Shown here: positions 8,787 to 19,020 of the stretch, piece by piece
Position numbering within the stretch: the stretch's first letter is position 1
Layout: each line of letters begins with the position of its first letter
Sequence record: OR896837.1
From: Escherichia phage vB_Eco_mar004NP2
Reading direction: 5' to 3' (one strand)
DNA length: 64,000 bases
Made by a program: the position numbers and the translations under genes
Notes under the pieces: generated by a model
What the model was told of the DNA's origin: nothing
What the model saw: only the letters and a program-made list of their open reading frames with translations
Databases searched by the model: none

Positions 8787-9758
8787 ATGACTAATGTAAA
8801 AGACTTTATTAAACGTTGCCAAGAAGCATATTACCAGGGAATGTCTTTAATCTCTGACGAAGAATATGATCGTCTGATTAAAAGATTTCCGTTAGAAGAA
8901 GAGATCGGGCCTAAGGGCGATATTCCACATCTGTATCGTATGTATTCTTTACAGAAAGTTTATTATAATCGTGGAGATAAACCTCCGTTTAACCCATTAG
9001 GTCAGGTAGAAACTGATAAGTTAGATGGTTGTGCGATTTCTCTGTTATATATTAATGGCGAATTTGTTCAAGCATTAACTCGTGGTAATGGCATTCTAGG
9101 GAATGATGTCACAAGCAACGTAAGATTGCTGAACATCCCTAAAAAGATTTCCCAAAAAGTACCTACTCAAATCACTGGTGAAGTTCTAATTACAAAAGAA
9201 GTAGAAAATAAACGTAACTTTGCCTCTGGTGCTATTAACCTCAAGGATAGAGATGATTTCGTACAACGTATCGGGGAAGGTGGTTTAATCTTCGTTGCAT
9301 ATGGTATCCAGTGTTCTGCTGAATCTGTAGGTATTACAGAAGCGTATTTAAAAGATATGCTTTGGCTGGAGAATGAGAACTTCTTAACAGTTGTTAATGT
9401 GCGTTCCTTCTTTAAATGGATTCCGACGGACGGTAAAGTTGTTCGTATCAATGACAATAACAAATTCTTCCGAGAAGGCTGGACTAATAAATTCCCTCGT
9501 GGAGCATTCGCTATTAAAGAGGATGAAGAAGGCGAAATTACAACTCTTACTAAAGTTGAATGGCAGGTAGGGGCTTCTGGTAAAGTAACTCCAGTTGGTT
9601 ATTTTGAACCGGTAATTATTGATGATGCTACAATTGTTAAAGCGACTCTTAATAACGTTGATTATATTAACTCTCTCGATCTAGAGATCGGTTGCCAGAT
9701 TCGAGTGATTCGTGCTGGTGGTGTAATCCCGTGTATAGTAGAGCGAGTATACGATTAA
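8787..9758 (+). CDS. NAD-dependent DNA ligase, N-terminal (adenylation/OB) subunit
   Basis: LigA-type adenylation motif ETDKLDGCAIS (KxDG lysine), RGNG and EGxV motifs; 323 aa; ends before the Zn-finger/HhH/BRCT part. Confidence 0.8.
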   Translation: MTNVKDFIKRCQEAYYQGMSLISDEEYDRLIKRFPLEEEIGPKGDIPHLYRMYSLQKVYYNRGDKPPFNPLGQVETDKLDGCAISLLYINGEFVQALTRGNGILGNDVTSNVRLLNIPKKISQKVPTQITGEVLITKEVENKRNFASGAINLKDRDDFVQRIGEGGLIFVAYGIQCSAESVGITEAYLKDMLWLENENFLTVVNVRSFFKWIPTDGKVVRINDNNKFFREGWTNKFPRGAFAIKEDEEGEITTLTKVEWQVGASGKVTPVGYFEPVIIDDATIVKATLNNVDYINSLDLEIGCQIRVIRAGGVIPCIVERVYD

Positions 9759-9901
9759 TACATAACCCTTTGCTACCCATCTACCATATCGGAATTATAA
9801 AGTGGTTATTGACATTTTCGCCGCTTAGGTATATACTATTATCATTCAGTTGAGGGATAGAAAGTTATGGCGAGGGTAAGCAAAGTTAGTTAAAATTGTA
9901 G

Positions 9902-9930
9902 TTGCTAAATGCTTAAATACTTGCTATAAT
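9902..9930 (+). promoter_or_regulatory. sigma70-like early promoter inside the ligase split
   Basis: TTGCTA-17 nt-TATAAT; a second candidate TTGACA-17-TATACT lies at 9813-9841. Confidence 0.5.
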
Positions 9931-9960
9931 ATTTATATAAATTGATAAGGAAGAAATTTG

Positions 9961-10740
9961 ATGAAAATCGAAATTCCAACACAATGTCCCTCTTGTGGTT
10001 CTAAGCTAGATCTTGTCAACGGACAATTATTCTGTCGGAATAAGTCCAACTGTCCAGCGCAATCAAGTAAGTTAATTGAGAACTTCTGTTCAAAAATGAA
10101 GTTAAAGGGCTTTGGCCCAAAAACTATTGAGAAGCTGGAGCTGACGAAGATTTCAGAACTATTTTACCTAACCGAAGAAGATTTGGTTAGAGCCGTGGGT
10201 AGCAAGGTTGCCGCTAAGTTAATTAGCGAATTAAATACTAAAGTTCGCGGAGACATTGACTTTGGTTCAGTTCTCGGTTCTTTAGGAATCCCTCTAATTG
10301 GAGAGGTTGCAGCAAAGAAATTATCCCAAAATTACACTAGCTTCCATGATGTGAAGGCTGACGGCAAGGCTGGAGAAAATTACAAAGCCTGGCTAAATTC
10401 CCCACAAGGCAAGGATGTTATCGAACTACCGTGGAAATTTTCAACTGGTATTAAGGGCACTAAAGCTGACGTCATCATTACAGATGAATTAGTTGCCCAG
10501 CCAAATGGAATCGCGGTATGTATTACCGGATCTTTGCAAGATTTTGCAAATCGAACGGATGCAACAAACTATTTAGAAGGTCTAGGGTATACGGTTAAGA
10601 AATCCGTTACTAAAGACGTCAAATACCTAATCTGTGAGGATGAATCAAAACGTTCTTCCTCATCTTATAAGAAAGCCGAAACGAATGGGATAGAAATCCT
10701 GTCGATTAAAGAACTATTGGAGAAAAATAATAATGTCTAA
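9961..10740 (+). CDS. NAD-dependent DNA ligase, C-terminal (Zn-finger/HhH/BRCT) subunit
   Basis: CPSCGSKL...FCRNKSNCPAQ four-Cys zinc finger, glycine-rich HhH-like segment (GFGPKT, GIPLIGE), BRCT-like C-terminus; ATG 9961 (track start 9958 is TTG). Confidence 0.75.
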   Translation: MKIEIPTQCPSCGSKLDLVNGQLFCRNKSNCPAQSSKLIENFCSKMKLKGFGPKTIEKLELTKISELFYLTEEDLVRAVGSKVAAKLISELNTKVRGDIDFGSVLGSLGIPLIGEVAAKKLSQNYTSFHDVKADGKAGENYKAWLNSPQGKDVIELPWKFSTGIKGTKADVIITDELVAQPNGIAVCITGSLQDFANRTDATNYLEGLGYTVKKSVTKDVKYLICEDESKRSSSSYKKAETNGIEILSIKELLEKNNNV

Positions 10741-11500
10741 ACTGAACTGGAACGTAGAAGGTGTAACCGAGTCTCTGAAAGCAAAAGCCACTGCTCTGGG
10801 TGTTGCTGTAATCTCTCAAGAACAAGTAGCTGCTATCGCTGCTGAACTGGCTGCTGAAACTGGCAAAGACGTTACCGCTCGCTCTGTTGGCTCTAAGCTG
10901 CGTAAAGAAGGTTTTGAAGTACAAAAAGCTAACGAAGTACAGAAATCCCCGTGGACTCCTGAGCAGGAAGCTGAACTGGTTGATTTCCTGAACGCTCATG
11001 CTGGTCAGTATACCTATGCTGAAATCGCTGCTGCTGTAGCTGGTGGTCAATTTGGTGCTAAGCAGGTACAGGGTAAGATCCTGAGTCTGGAAATGACCGC
11101 CTCTGTTAAACCAACTGAAAAAGCTGCTGCTGTTCGTTCCTTCACTCCTGATGAAGAAACCGATTTTGTTAATCAGGTTGTTGCTGGGGCTACTATTGAA
11201 GCTATCGCTGCTCACTTCGGTCGTAATATCAAGCAGATCCGTGGTAAAGCTCTGAGCCTGCTTCGTGAAGGTCGTATCGCTGCTATGCCGGTACAGGAAA
11301 CTTCAAGTGCTAAAACTCGTGAAGATCTGTTAGAAGGTCTGGATCTGGCTAACATGACTGTTGCTGAGATCGCTGAGAAAACTGGTAAATCTGAGCGCGG
11401 TGTTAAATCTATGCTGTCTCGTCGTGGTCTAGTTGCTAAGGACTATGATGGTGCTGCTAAGCGTGCTAAACTGGATGCAAAAGCTGCGGCTGCTGAATAA
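10733..11500 (+). CDS. hypothetical abundant protein with four tandem ~40-aa HeH/SAP-like repeats
   Basis: Four repeats of the type [TQ]x[AE]EIAxxxGxxxxxVxxKxLSLxxxG; strongly host-optimal codon usage. Confidence 0.5.
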   Translation: MSKLNWNVEGVTESLKAKATALGVAVISQEQVAAIAAELAAETGKDVTARSVGSKLRKEGFEVQKANEVQKSPWTPEQEAELVDFLNAHAGQYTYAEIAAAVAGGQFGAKQVQGKILSLEMTASVKPTEKAAAVRSFTPDEETDFVNQVVAGATIEAIAAHFGRNIKQIRGKALSLLREGRIAAMPVQETSSAKTREDLLEGLDLANMTVAEIAEKTGKSERGVKSMLSRRGLVAKDYDGAAKRAKLDAKAAAAE

Positions 11501-11517
11501 TCTGGTAAATTAAACCT

Positions 11518-11553
11518 AAGGGGAGGGGGCTATGCTCCTTCCCCTTTTTTGCA
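11518..11553 (+). terminator. rho-independent terminator
   Basis: AAGGGGAGGGGGC...CCTTCCCCTT hairpin followed by TTTTTTGCATTT. Confidence 0.6.
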
Positions 11554-11583
11554 TTTAGAAGGCACGAAAGCGTGCAAAGGAGA

Positions 11584-13056
11584 ATGACCTTGTTTAACGT
11601 GCAAGCTGTAGTGTTGAAGATGCTTCTTGCTTCTGAACAGAAGCAAATAGCATTGGAAACATTCTCAAAACTGCATAAAGATCATTTTAATGACGCTTTC
11701 TCCTCAATTTACCAAGCCGTCCAGAATTATTATAAAAAATATAACACAATGCCGTCCATTGACGCACTTATGCTTGAAGCTAATAGGAACGCCCGCCTTT
11801 CTCAAGCTCTAGTCGTCTTAGCTAACACTCAAATTCCAGAAGTGAGCATGGAACAGGCACTTGAAGTCCTAGAGGCCGAATATACACAAGATTTATTCCT
11901 AAAGCTTCTAGAAACAGATGTGCTTCAAGATTTAACAATGCTGGATCAGGGAGAAATTCTCAACCGAGTTGCCTCCCTTCACTTAAAATTAGAAGAGAAA
12001 GTAACGAATACTGGAAAAGTATTCAACGCAGATAACATGCGTATTTTCCAGAGAGAAGAAGATACCAAACTGAACTTAATCGCTCTTGGTATTTGTAATG
12101 AGTTCGACGCTCAAATTGGTTTAGCTCGCACAGAAACGTTACTGCTTGGTGGTTGGCGTGGTACTGGTAAATCCATTATCTGTTCAAACATACAGGTTCA
12201 GCAATATTTGAATGGAGATATTGCTCCATACTTCTCAATTGAGATGAAAGAACATGAAGTATTTAGACGTAATCTAGCCATGTTAGCTGGTGTATCAGCA
12301 TTAGCAATGCGTAATAATACTCTAGAAGGTGCAGCTCTGTTGAGATTGGCCAGAACTAGAGCTAGGATGTTCAACGGGGGTGAGGAGCTTTTCGATAACT
12401 TCGTTAAACAGTATACAATGGCTAAGATGAGTGATTTCTACGATATGGAGAGTAAGCTAATAGAAGGATATGAGCTACATACTCCTATGATTATTGTTTA
12501 TGACCCTGAGCTGTCCATTACAACAGTTGACGTAGAATTAAATAAATTAGTTGCTAGATACGGAGATAAAGTTACAGTAGCTTTACTGGACTATATTAAC
12601 CAAACCCGACTTCCAGACTCTAAAACCATTGATATGTATGACTGGAAAGAACAGATGGTTGTCAGCTCGTCTTTCAAATCTATCTGCCAGAAACATAACG
12701 TGGCTGGTGTAGCTCCTTACCAGATTGATCAAGATGGTAGAACACGTATGTCAAAGGGGATTCTTGATTCCGCAGACATGGCTGCTAATCTTAATGCTGC
12801 AAAAGCTGATAATGGTCAAGGTGCTATTATGTTTGACTTCGTTAAGACCCGTTCTTCTGATAGCGTGAAGTTTATGCCTAAAATGAACTGGGAAACCCTG
12901 CGGATGGATAACACTATCAACCTAGCAATGGAAGATATATCTCAAATGGAAGCTGAGTTCGTTATCCCTATTGAGAAGGATAAGCCGGCTCAATCTAAAC
13001 GTGCTAAGAAAGACAAAGCTGAAAATTCAACAGGTGAACAGGCCAGCGATATATGA
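11584..13056 (+). CDS. replicative DNA helicase (DnaB/RecA-fold, SF4-like)
   Basis: Walker A GGWRGTGKS and Walker B-like MIIVYD; sits directly upstream of and overlapping the primase gene; start uncertain (GTG 11572, ATG 11584 or TTG 11590). Confidence 0.65.
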   Translation: MTLFNVQAVVLKMLLASEQKQIALETFSKLHKDHFNDAFSSIYQAVQNYYKKYNTMPSIDALMLEANRNARLSQALVVLANTQIPEVSMEQALEVLEAEYTQDLFLKLLETDVLQDLTMLDQGEILNRVASLHLKLEEKVTNTGKVFNADNMRIFQREEDTKLNLIALGICNEFDAQIGLARTETLLLGGWRGTGKSIICSNIQVQQYLNGDIAPYFSIEMKEHEVFRRNLAMLAGVSALAMRNNTLEGAALLRLARTRARMFNGGEELFDNFVKQYTMAKMSDFYDMESKLIEGYELHTPMIIVYDPELSITTVDVELNKLVARYGDKVTVALLDYINQTRLPDSKTIDMYDWKEQMVVSSSFKSICQKHNVAGVAPYQIDQDGRTRMSKGILDSADMAANLNAAKADNGQGAIMFDFVKTRSSDSVKFMPKMNWETLRMDNTINLAMEDISQMEAEFVIPIEKDKPAQSKRAKKDKAENSTGEQASDI

Positions 13057-13943
13057 GTAGAATAACAGAACTACTTGATCTGAAAGGCATTGAGTATAAA
13101 GACACAGGTGGGGACATCCTCATCTGTTGTCTCAATCCAGATCATGACGATAAACATCCAAGTTTGCGTATTGATCCTGAAACAGGTATTATGCACTGCT
13201 TGAGTTGTGGCTTCGGTAAAGGTATACCGAGCATTTACCATTATTTTAATGAGACTCAGTACCGACAGTCTCCAAGACTATCGCAGGTACGTAAAAAGAT
13301 TTCAGAGATTAGGAATGGATCTACGAATCTTGCAATTCCTGAATCTGCTTACCTTTTCGAAGGTGATTTCCGAGGTATAAGTTCTAAGACCTTGAAGAAA
13401 TATTTTGCTTTCCAACACCAAGCAGATTGGGAGGGCAGAATTGTATTCCCAATCACAGATGCTGTTGGACGCAATATCCTATTTTTGGGTCGTTCTATAA
13501 ACAGTTCTGCCCCTCCTAAATACTTAGTAAAACCAAAACAAGTTTCACCACCGATTTTCCCTGTACGATATAATACTCCAGTTCTTATTCTAGTTGAAGG
13601 TATCTTTGATATGCTGAACCTAGAGGATAATGGTATAGACTATGCTTCTTGCTGCTTTGGTACACATCAGTTTACTTCGGATAACATTGCAGATAAGTTC
13701 AGTCCTTATATTATTGCTGGTGTAAAAGTTGTTGTTATCTTACTAGATAATGATGCTTCTGGTAATAAAACTGCACAAGCATTGGCTAAGCTAATTCGTA
13801 CAAAAACGCGTTTAACACCTGTAGTTGCTAACTTTCTCCTACCTGAAGGCAAAGATCCAGGTGATTTAAACAAAGATGAAATTGATATGTTAGCAAAACG
13901 TATTGAAATTTTAGTTGCTGAATCGCTTAAAGATTTGGTATAA
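13053..13943 (+). CDS. DNA primase (DnaG-like zinc finger plus TOPRIM)
   Basis: CCLNPDHDDKHPSL...HCLSCGFGKG zinc-binding motif; TOPRIM-like LVEGIFDM and LLDNDASG. Confidence 0.8.
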   Translation: MSRITELLDLKGIEYKDTGGDILICCLNPDHDDKHPSLRIDPETGIMHCLSCGFGKGIPSIYHYFNETQYRQSPRLSQVRKKISEIRNGSTNLAIPESAYLFEGDFRGISSKTLKKYFAFQHQADWEGRIVFPITDAVGRNILFLGRSINSSAPPKYLVKPKQVSPPIFPVRYNTPVLILVEGIFDMLNLEDNGIDYASCCFGTHQFTSDNIADKFSPYIIAGVKVVVILLDNDASGNKTAQALAKLIRTKTRLTPVVANFLLPEGKDPGDLNKDEIDMLAKRIEILVAESLKDLV

Positions 13944-13969
13944 TAGTCCTAAATAACTGAGGAGCTACT

Positions 13970-14299
13970 ATGGAATATGTATATATTTATGCGGATGTTC
14001 CAGTGTATGATAGTGTAACACACAAAGAGGTTAAACTAGAGCGGTTTACAACACTGGAGTCCCTTAATAAACGAAAGAATTTCCATTTATTTGGTGATCC
14101 TAAATTACCTGCATCTTATATTTACTTTAAAGTAAAAGATACAGGTCAAGAGGTATACCTAACATATGATTGGGCTGTTGTAGAAAATACTGAGCAATCT
14201 ATGAAAGCGCTAGATGCTTTTCTGCGTATAGATGAAGAATTTCGGGTACTAGAAAAGCAGCGCAATGAAATGCGTAAATTACTTCACACCTATAAATAG
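13970..14299 (+). CDS. hypothetical protein
   Basis: 109 aa; RBS GAGGAG; no recognisable motif. Confidence 0.45.
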   Translation: MEYVYIYADVPVYDSVTHKEVKLERFTTLESLNKRKNFHLFGDPKLPASYIYFKVKDTGQEVYLTYDWAVVENTEQSMKALDAFLRIDEEFRVLEKQRNEMRKLLHTYK

Positions 14300-14302
14300 T
14301 AT

Positions 14303-14331
14303 TTGCTATTATCCCAATATTTTGATATAAT
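14303..14331 (+). promoter_or_regulatory. sigma70-like early promoter
   Basis: TTGCTA-17 nt-TATAAT upstream of the DNA polymerase gene. Confidence 0.55.
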
Positions 14332-14392
14332 ATATTGGTAAGTTAGAGAAGAAACACTGAAGTTATACTTACTTACCAAGAGGAGATTAAAT

Positions 14393-16960
14393 TTGAAAAT
14401 CGCAGTAGTTGATAAAGCTCTAAATAACACTCGTTATGATAAACATTTCCAGCTATACGGCGAGGAAGTTGATGTATTCCATATGTGTAACGAGAAGTTA
14501 TCCGGTCGTTTGCTCAAAAAGCATATTACTATCGGGACTCCGGAAAACCCATTTGACCCGAATGATTATGATTTTGTTATACTGGTAGGTGCCGAGCCTT
14601 TCCTGTACTTTGCAGGTAAGAAAGGCATTGGTGACTATACTGGTAAACGTGTAGAGTATAATGGATATGCTAACTGGATTGCGAGTATCAGCCCCGCCCA
14701 GTTACACTTTAAGCCTGAAATGAAACCAGTTTTCGATGCAACAGTAGAGAATATCCACGATATTATCAATGGTCGTGAGAAGATTGCAAAAGCTGGTGAT
14801 TACCGTCCTATTACTGACCCTGACGAGGCGGAAGAATATATCAAGATGGTGTATAATATGGTTATCGGACCTGTCGCATTCGACTCCGAAACCTCAGCAC
14901 TATACTGTCGAGATGGTTATCTGCTTGGTGTTTCTATGTCTCACCAAGAGTATCAGGGTGTATATATCGATTCTGATTGTCTCACAGAGGTTGCAGTATA
15001 TTATCTCCAGAAAATTCTGGATAGTGAAAACCACACTATTGTTTTTCACAACTTGAAGTTTGATATGCACTTTTATAAGTACCATCTGGGACTTACTTTT
15101 GATAAAGCACATAAAGAACGCAGGCTCCATGATACCATGTTGCAGCATTATGTTCTAGATGAGCGTCGTGGTACTCATGGCTTGAAATCTCTAGCAATGA
15201 AGTATACCGATATGGGCGACTATGACTTTGAACTAGATAAGTTCAAGGAGGATTACTGCAAAGCACATAAAATCAAGAAAGAAGATTTCACCTATGATTT
15301 AATTCCGTTTGATATTATGTGGCCTTACGCTGCAAAAGATACCGATGCCACCATACGTTTGCACAACTTCTTCTTATCAAAAATTGAGAAGAATGAAAAA
15401 CTTTGCAGTCTGTATTATGATGTCCTAATGCCTGGTTGTGTATTTCTCCAGCGTGTTGAGGATCGTGGTGTACCTATTTCTATTGATCGTTTAAAAGAAG
15501 CTCAGTACCAGTTAACCCATAATCTGAATAAGGCTCGTGAGAAACTGTATACTTATCCAGAAGTCGTTCAGCTAGAAAAAGACCAGAACGAGGCGTTTAA
15601 CCCAAACTCTGTTAAGCAACTGCGTGTTCTTCTGTTTGATTATGTTGGCTTAACTCCAACAGGTAAATTGACGGATACTGGGGCAGACTCTACAGATGCA
15701 GAAGCTCTGAATGAACTGGCTACGCAGCATCCAATTGCTAAGACTCTACTAGAGATTCGTAAGCTGACTAAGCTGATCTCTACTTATGTTGAGAAGATTC
15801 TTCTGAGTATTGATGCAGATGGTTGCATTCGTACTGGTTTCCATGAACATATGACTACTTCTGGTCGTCTGAGTTCTTCTGGTAAACTGAACCTGCAACA
15901 GTTACCTCGTGATGAATCTATTATCAAGGGTTGTGTAGTAGCTCCTCCCGGGTATCGTGTAATTGCATGGGACTTAACAACTGCGGAAGTTTATTATGCT
16001 GCTGTTCTATCTGGTGATAGAAATATGCAACAAGTATTTATCAACATGAGAAATGAACCTGATAAATACCCTGACTTCCACTCTAACATCGCACACATGG
16101 TATTTAAACTCCAATGCGAGCCTCGTGATGTTAAAAAGTTATTCCCAGCTCTGCGTCAGGCTGCTAAAGCAATCACCTTTGGTATTCTGTATGGTTCTGG
16201 CCCGGCTAAAGTAGCTCATTCTGTTAACGAAGCTCTTCTGGAACAGGCTGCTAAGACAGGTGAACCGTTTGTAGAGTGTACTGTTGCGGATGCGAAGGAC
16301 TATATCGAAACTTACTTCGGTCAGTTCCCGCAGCTTAAGCGTTGGATTGATAAGTGTCACGACCAGATCAAGAATCATGGATTTATCTATAGTCACTTTG
16401 GTCGTAAACGTCGTCTGCATAATATCCATTCCGAAGACCGTGGTGTTCAGGGTGAAGAAATCCGTTCTGGATTTAACGCAATCATTCAGTCTGCTTCTTC
16501 CGACAGTCTCCTTTTAGGTGCTGTAGATGCAGATAATGAGATCATTTCTCTTGGCCTAGAACAAGAGATGAAGATTGTTATGCTAGTTCATGACTCCGTA
16601 GTTGCTATTGTTCGTGAAGACTTGATCGACCAATACAATGAAATCCTGATTCGTAATATTCAGAAAGACCGTGGTATTAGTATTCCTGGCTGTCCGATTG
16701 GTATTGATTCAGATTCTGAAGCAGGAGGTTCTCGTGACTATTCTTGTGGTAAGATGAAGAAACAGCACCCATCAATCGCTTGTATTGATGATGATGAATA
16801 TACTCGTTATGTCAAGGGTGTATTACTTGATGCAGAGTTCGAGTATAAGAAACTAGCTGCAATGGATAAAGAGCATCCAGATCATAGCAAGTACAAGGAT
16901 GATAAGTTTATTGCTATATGTAAAGATTTGGATAACGTGAGAAGGATTCTCGGTGCTTAA
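14393..16960 (+). CDS. DNA polymerase, family A with 3'-5' exonuclease domain
   Basis: 855 aa; exonuclease motifs (VAFDSETSAL, YAAKDTDAT) and Pol-I-type polymerase motifs (RQAAKAITFGILYGSG, VMLVHDS); TTG start with AGAGGAG RBS; 855 aa matches the T5 polymerase length as I recall it. Confidence 0.95.
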   Translation: MKIAVVDKALNNTRYDKHFQLYGEEVDVFHMCNEKLSGRLLKKHITIGTPENPFDPNDYDFVILVGAEPFLYFAGKKGIGDYTGKRVEYNGYANWIASISPAQLHFKPEMKPVFDATVENIHDIINGREKIAKAGDYRPITDPDEAEEYIKMVYNMVIGPVAFDSETSALYCRDGYLLGVSMSHQEYQGVYIDSDCLTEVAVYYLQKILDSENHTIVFHNLKFDMHFYKYHLGLTFDKAHKERRLHDTMLQHYVLDERRGTHGLKSLAMKYTDMGDYDFELDKFKEDYCKAHKIKKEDFTYDLIPFDIMWPYAAKDTDATIRLHNFFLSKIEKNEKLCSLYYDVLMPGCVFLQRVEDRGVPISIDRLKEAQYQLTHNLNKAREKLYTYPEVVQLEKDQNEAFNPNSVKQLRVLLFDYVGLTPTGKLTDTGADSTDAEALNELATQHPIAKTLLEIRKLTKLISTYVEKILLSIDADGCIRTGFHEHMTTSGRLSSSGKLNLQQLPRDESIIKGCVVAPPGYRVIAWDLTTAEVYYAAVLSGDRNMQQVFINMRNEPDKYPDFHSNIAHMVFKLQCEPRDVKKLFPALRQAAKAITFGILYGSGPAKVAHSVNEALLEQAAKTGEPFVECTVADAKDYIETYFGQFPQLKRWIDKCHDQIKNHGFIYSHFGRKRRLHNIHSEDRGVQGEEIRSGFNAIIQSASSDSLLLGAVDADNEIISLGLEQEMKIVMLVHDSVVAIVREDLIDQYNEILIRNIQKDRGISIPGCPIGIDSDSEAGGSRDYSCGKMKKQHPSIACIDDDEYTRYVKGVLLDAEFEYKKLAAMDKEHPDHSKYKDDKFIAICKDLDNVRRILGA

Positions 16961-17450
16961 TTTCAAATTGCCCGTATATGCTTTACGGGCGTTTGTATCA
17001 ATTGAGCAAGAAGGTGATTATTCCGTAATTACAACAAGATATAATAAATATGTGCTAGATAACAGGAAGTTGCCTGGCACGTTTTCTCAACGTAGACTTA
17101 TTCTATTTGAGAAACGGAAAGAATTACCATACAAGCTCTACCCTATTAGAGGTAGAATATCAATGTTGTCTCAATTAGTTGGGTCAAAGCGTAGCCAATT
17201 TATAGATTCTGATGGAAATCTTATTAACTGGAAGAAAACTACGTTCTATGATGTTGTCACCTCTAAAGTTTTGCATTCAGCTAGAATTTATAATGGAAAA
17301 TACCAATGCTATGTGGCTAAAGTTCCTTATCCATTTGTATTATCCTATGTTCCAGCTTATATAAGCTATATTCTGGTAAATAATAGCCCTGTTATTTATC
17401 AAGTCCATCAAGAGGAGCCTGAAATTCCTAGACTTAGAATAAAATTATGA
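16953..17450 (+). CDS. hypothetical protein (start uncertain)
   Basis: Frame open between polymerase and helicase genes; track start is GTG; first internal ATG is far downstream; ends in ATGA coupling with the next gene. Confidence 0.3.
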   Translation: MLNFKLPVYALRAFVSIEQEGDYSVITTRYNKYVLDNRKLPGTFSQRRLILFEKRKELPYKLYPIRGRISMLSQLVGSKRSQFIDSDGNLINWKKTTFYDVVTSKVLHSARIYNGKYQCYVAKVPYPFVLSYVPAYISYILVNNSPVIYQVHQEEPEIPRLRIKL

Positions 17451-18799
17451 AGGTTGTTATATCTAATAAAGCCTATTTCAAGCCCGATGATGAACTTTGG
17501 GATTATTGTAGTAAGCAAACCACTTATCACATTGAGACAATGACTAGTAAATACCCTATTATGTATAAGAATAGTGGTGTTGTTGCCAAAGAGATTAAGT
17601 GGATTCCTATTACGCGTCTGGACTTACTAGATGCTAAAGGAGTAAAATACGAATTAGTCGATAAACGCACATTAGCTCCGGTAGATATACCAAAACCTAA
17701 GTTCAAGCTGCGTGAAGAAGACCAGCTCCCAATATATGAAGAGTGTGATGATACCTGTATTATTAATGGTAAGCCTGGATTTGGCAAAACTATCCTAGCC
17801 CTTGCACTTGCGTATAAATTTGGCCAGAAAACTCTGGTAATTTGTACTAACACATCTATTCGTGAGATGTGGGCAGCAGAAGTTCGTAAATGGTTTGGAT
17901 TTGAGCCAGGTATTATAGGTTCTGGGAAATACAATATTGATCCACCAATTGTAGTCAGTAATATTCAAACAGTGAATAAACATGCGAATAATCTTTCTAA
18001 AGTATTCGGTACTGTTATAGTTGATGAAGTTCACCATTGTGTGGCTACAACTTTCATTAACTTCCTAGAAATATCATGTGCTCGCTATAAGATTGGGCTA
18101 TCTGGAACATTAAAACGTAAAGATGGTCTACAAGTTATGCTCAAAGATTTCTTTGGATATAAGATCTTTAGCCCACCGGTTAATAATACTGTTGCACCTA
18201 CAATCCACAGGTACTCCGTACCAGTTGAGTTGTCTGGAAACCAAAACGTACCGTGGGCATTACGTGCTAATGATGTGTATAATCATCCTGAATATCGAGA
18301 AACTATTATAAACCTAGCACATTTATATGTGAATATGGGACATAAAGTACTCATTGTAAGTGATAGAACAGAGTTAATCCAAACAGTACTAGAAGCTCTT
18401 GCACAACGTGGTGTTACAACATATGAAATTATAGGGTCAACTCACTTGGATGACCGATTAAAAATTCAGGAAGATATAGCAAAAGGTGGGCCTTGTGTAC
18501 TTGCAGCAGCTCAAAGTATCTTCTCTGAAGGTATTTCCCTTAATGAGCTGTCTTGTTTAATAATGGGAAGCCTCATTAATAATGAATCTCTCATTGAACA
18601 GCTTGCAGGACGTGTTCAACGTATTGTCGATGGTAAACTCGACCCTATTGTTGTAGATCTAATTATGAAAGGTGGCACTGGACTAAGGCAGGCTTCTGGA
18701 CGTATGGCAGTATATCATAACAATGGGTGGAAAACTATTACCATGACTCCTGAGAAAGCAGTTCAATTAGCTAAAATTGCATTTGGCAACAGCTCATAA
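17447..18799 (+). CDS. SF2 DNA helicase (D10-like)
   Basis: Walker A NGKPGFGKT, DExH box VIVDEVHH, SGTLKR motif. Confidence 0.8.
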   Translation: MKVVISNKAYFKPDDELWDYCSKQTTYHIETMTSKYPIMYKNSGVVAKEIKWIPITRLDLLDAKGVKYELVDKRTLAPVDIPKPKFKLREEDQLPIYEECDDTCIINGKPGFGKTILALALAYKFGQKTLVICTNTSIREMWAAEVRKWFGFEPGIIGSGKYNIDPPIVVSNIQTVNKHANNLSKVFGTVIVDEVHHCVATTFINFLEISCARYKIGLSGTLKRKDGLQVMLKDFFGYKIFSPPVNNTVAPTIHRYSVPVELSGNQNVPWALRANDVYNHPEYRETIINLAHLYVNMGHKVLIVSDRTELIQTVLEALAQRGVTTYEIIGSTHLDDRLKIQEDIAKGGPCVLAAAQSIFSEGISLNELSCLIMGSLINNESLIEQLAGRVQRIVDGKLDPIVVDLIMKGGTGLRQASGRMAVYHNNGWKTITMTPEKAVQLAKIAFGNSS

Positions 18800-18811
18800 A
18801 TGATGTATAAT
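18783..18811 (+). promoter_or_regulatory. sigma70-like promoter overlapping the helicase 3' end
   Basis: TTGGCA-17 nt-TATAAT followed by ATATACATAAATTTGAGAGAG. Confidence 0.45.
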
Positions 18812-18883
18812 AATATACATAAATTTGAGAGAGAAAGTTTCGGATTGATAAGAAAGTCCGAAGCAGAAAAATAAAAATTTTAG

Positions 18884-18913
18884 TTGCTAAATTCTCTCGA
18901 AATCTAGTATAAT
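18884..18913 (+). promoter_or_regulatory. sigma70-like early promoter
   Basis: TTGCTA-18 nt-TATAAT followed by ATATACATAAATTCGAGGAG. Confidence 0.5.
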
Positions 18914-19020
18914 ATATACATAAATTCGAGGAGAAAACAAAAATTAAATTCTTCGATTATGAAAAGCTATACTTACTAGCTAGAGGAAATTCCGACCTAA
19001 TTATTAAGTTATTCAAAAGA

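Noticed and set aside
13936-13944. Extended -10 promoter (TGGTATAAT) at the primase 3' end
   Set aside because: No acceptable -35 at 17 +/- 1 spacing; possible but not distinguishable from chance in AT-rich sequence.
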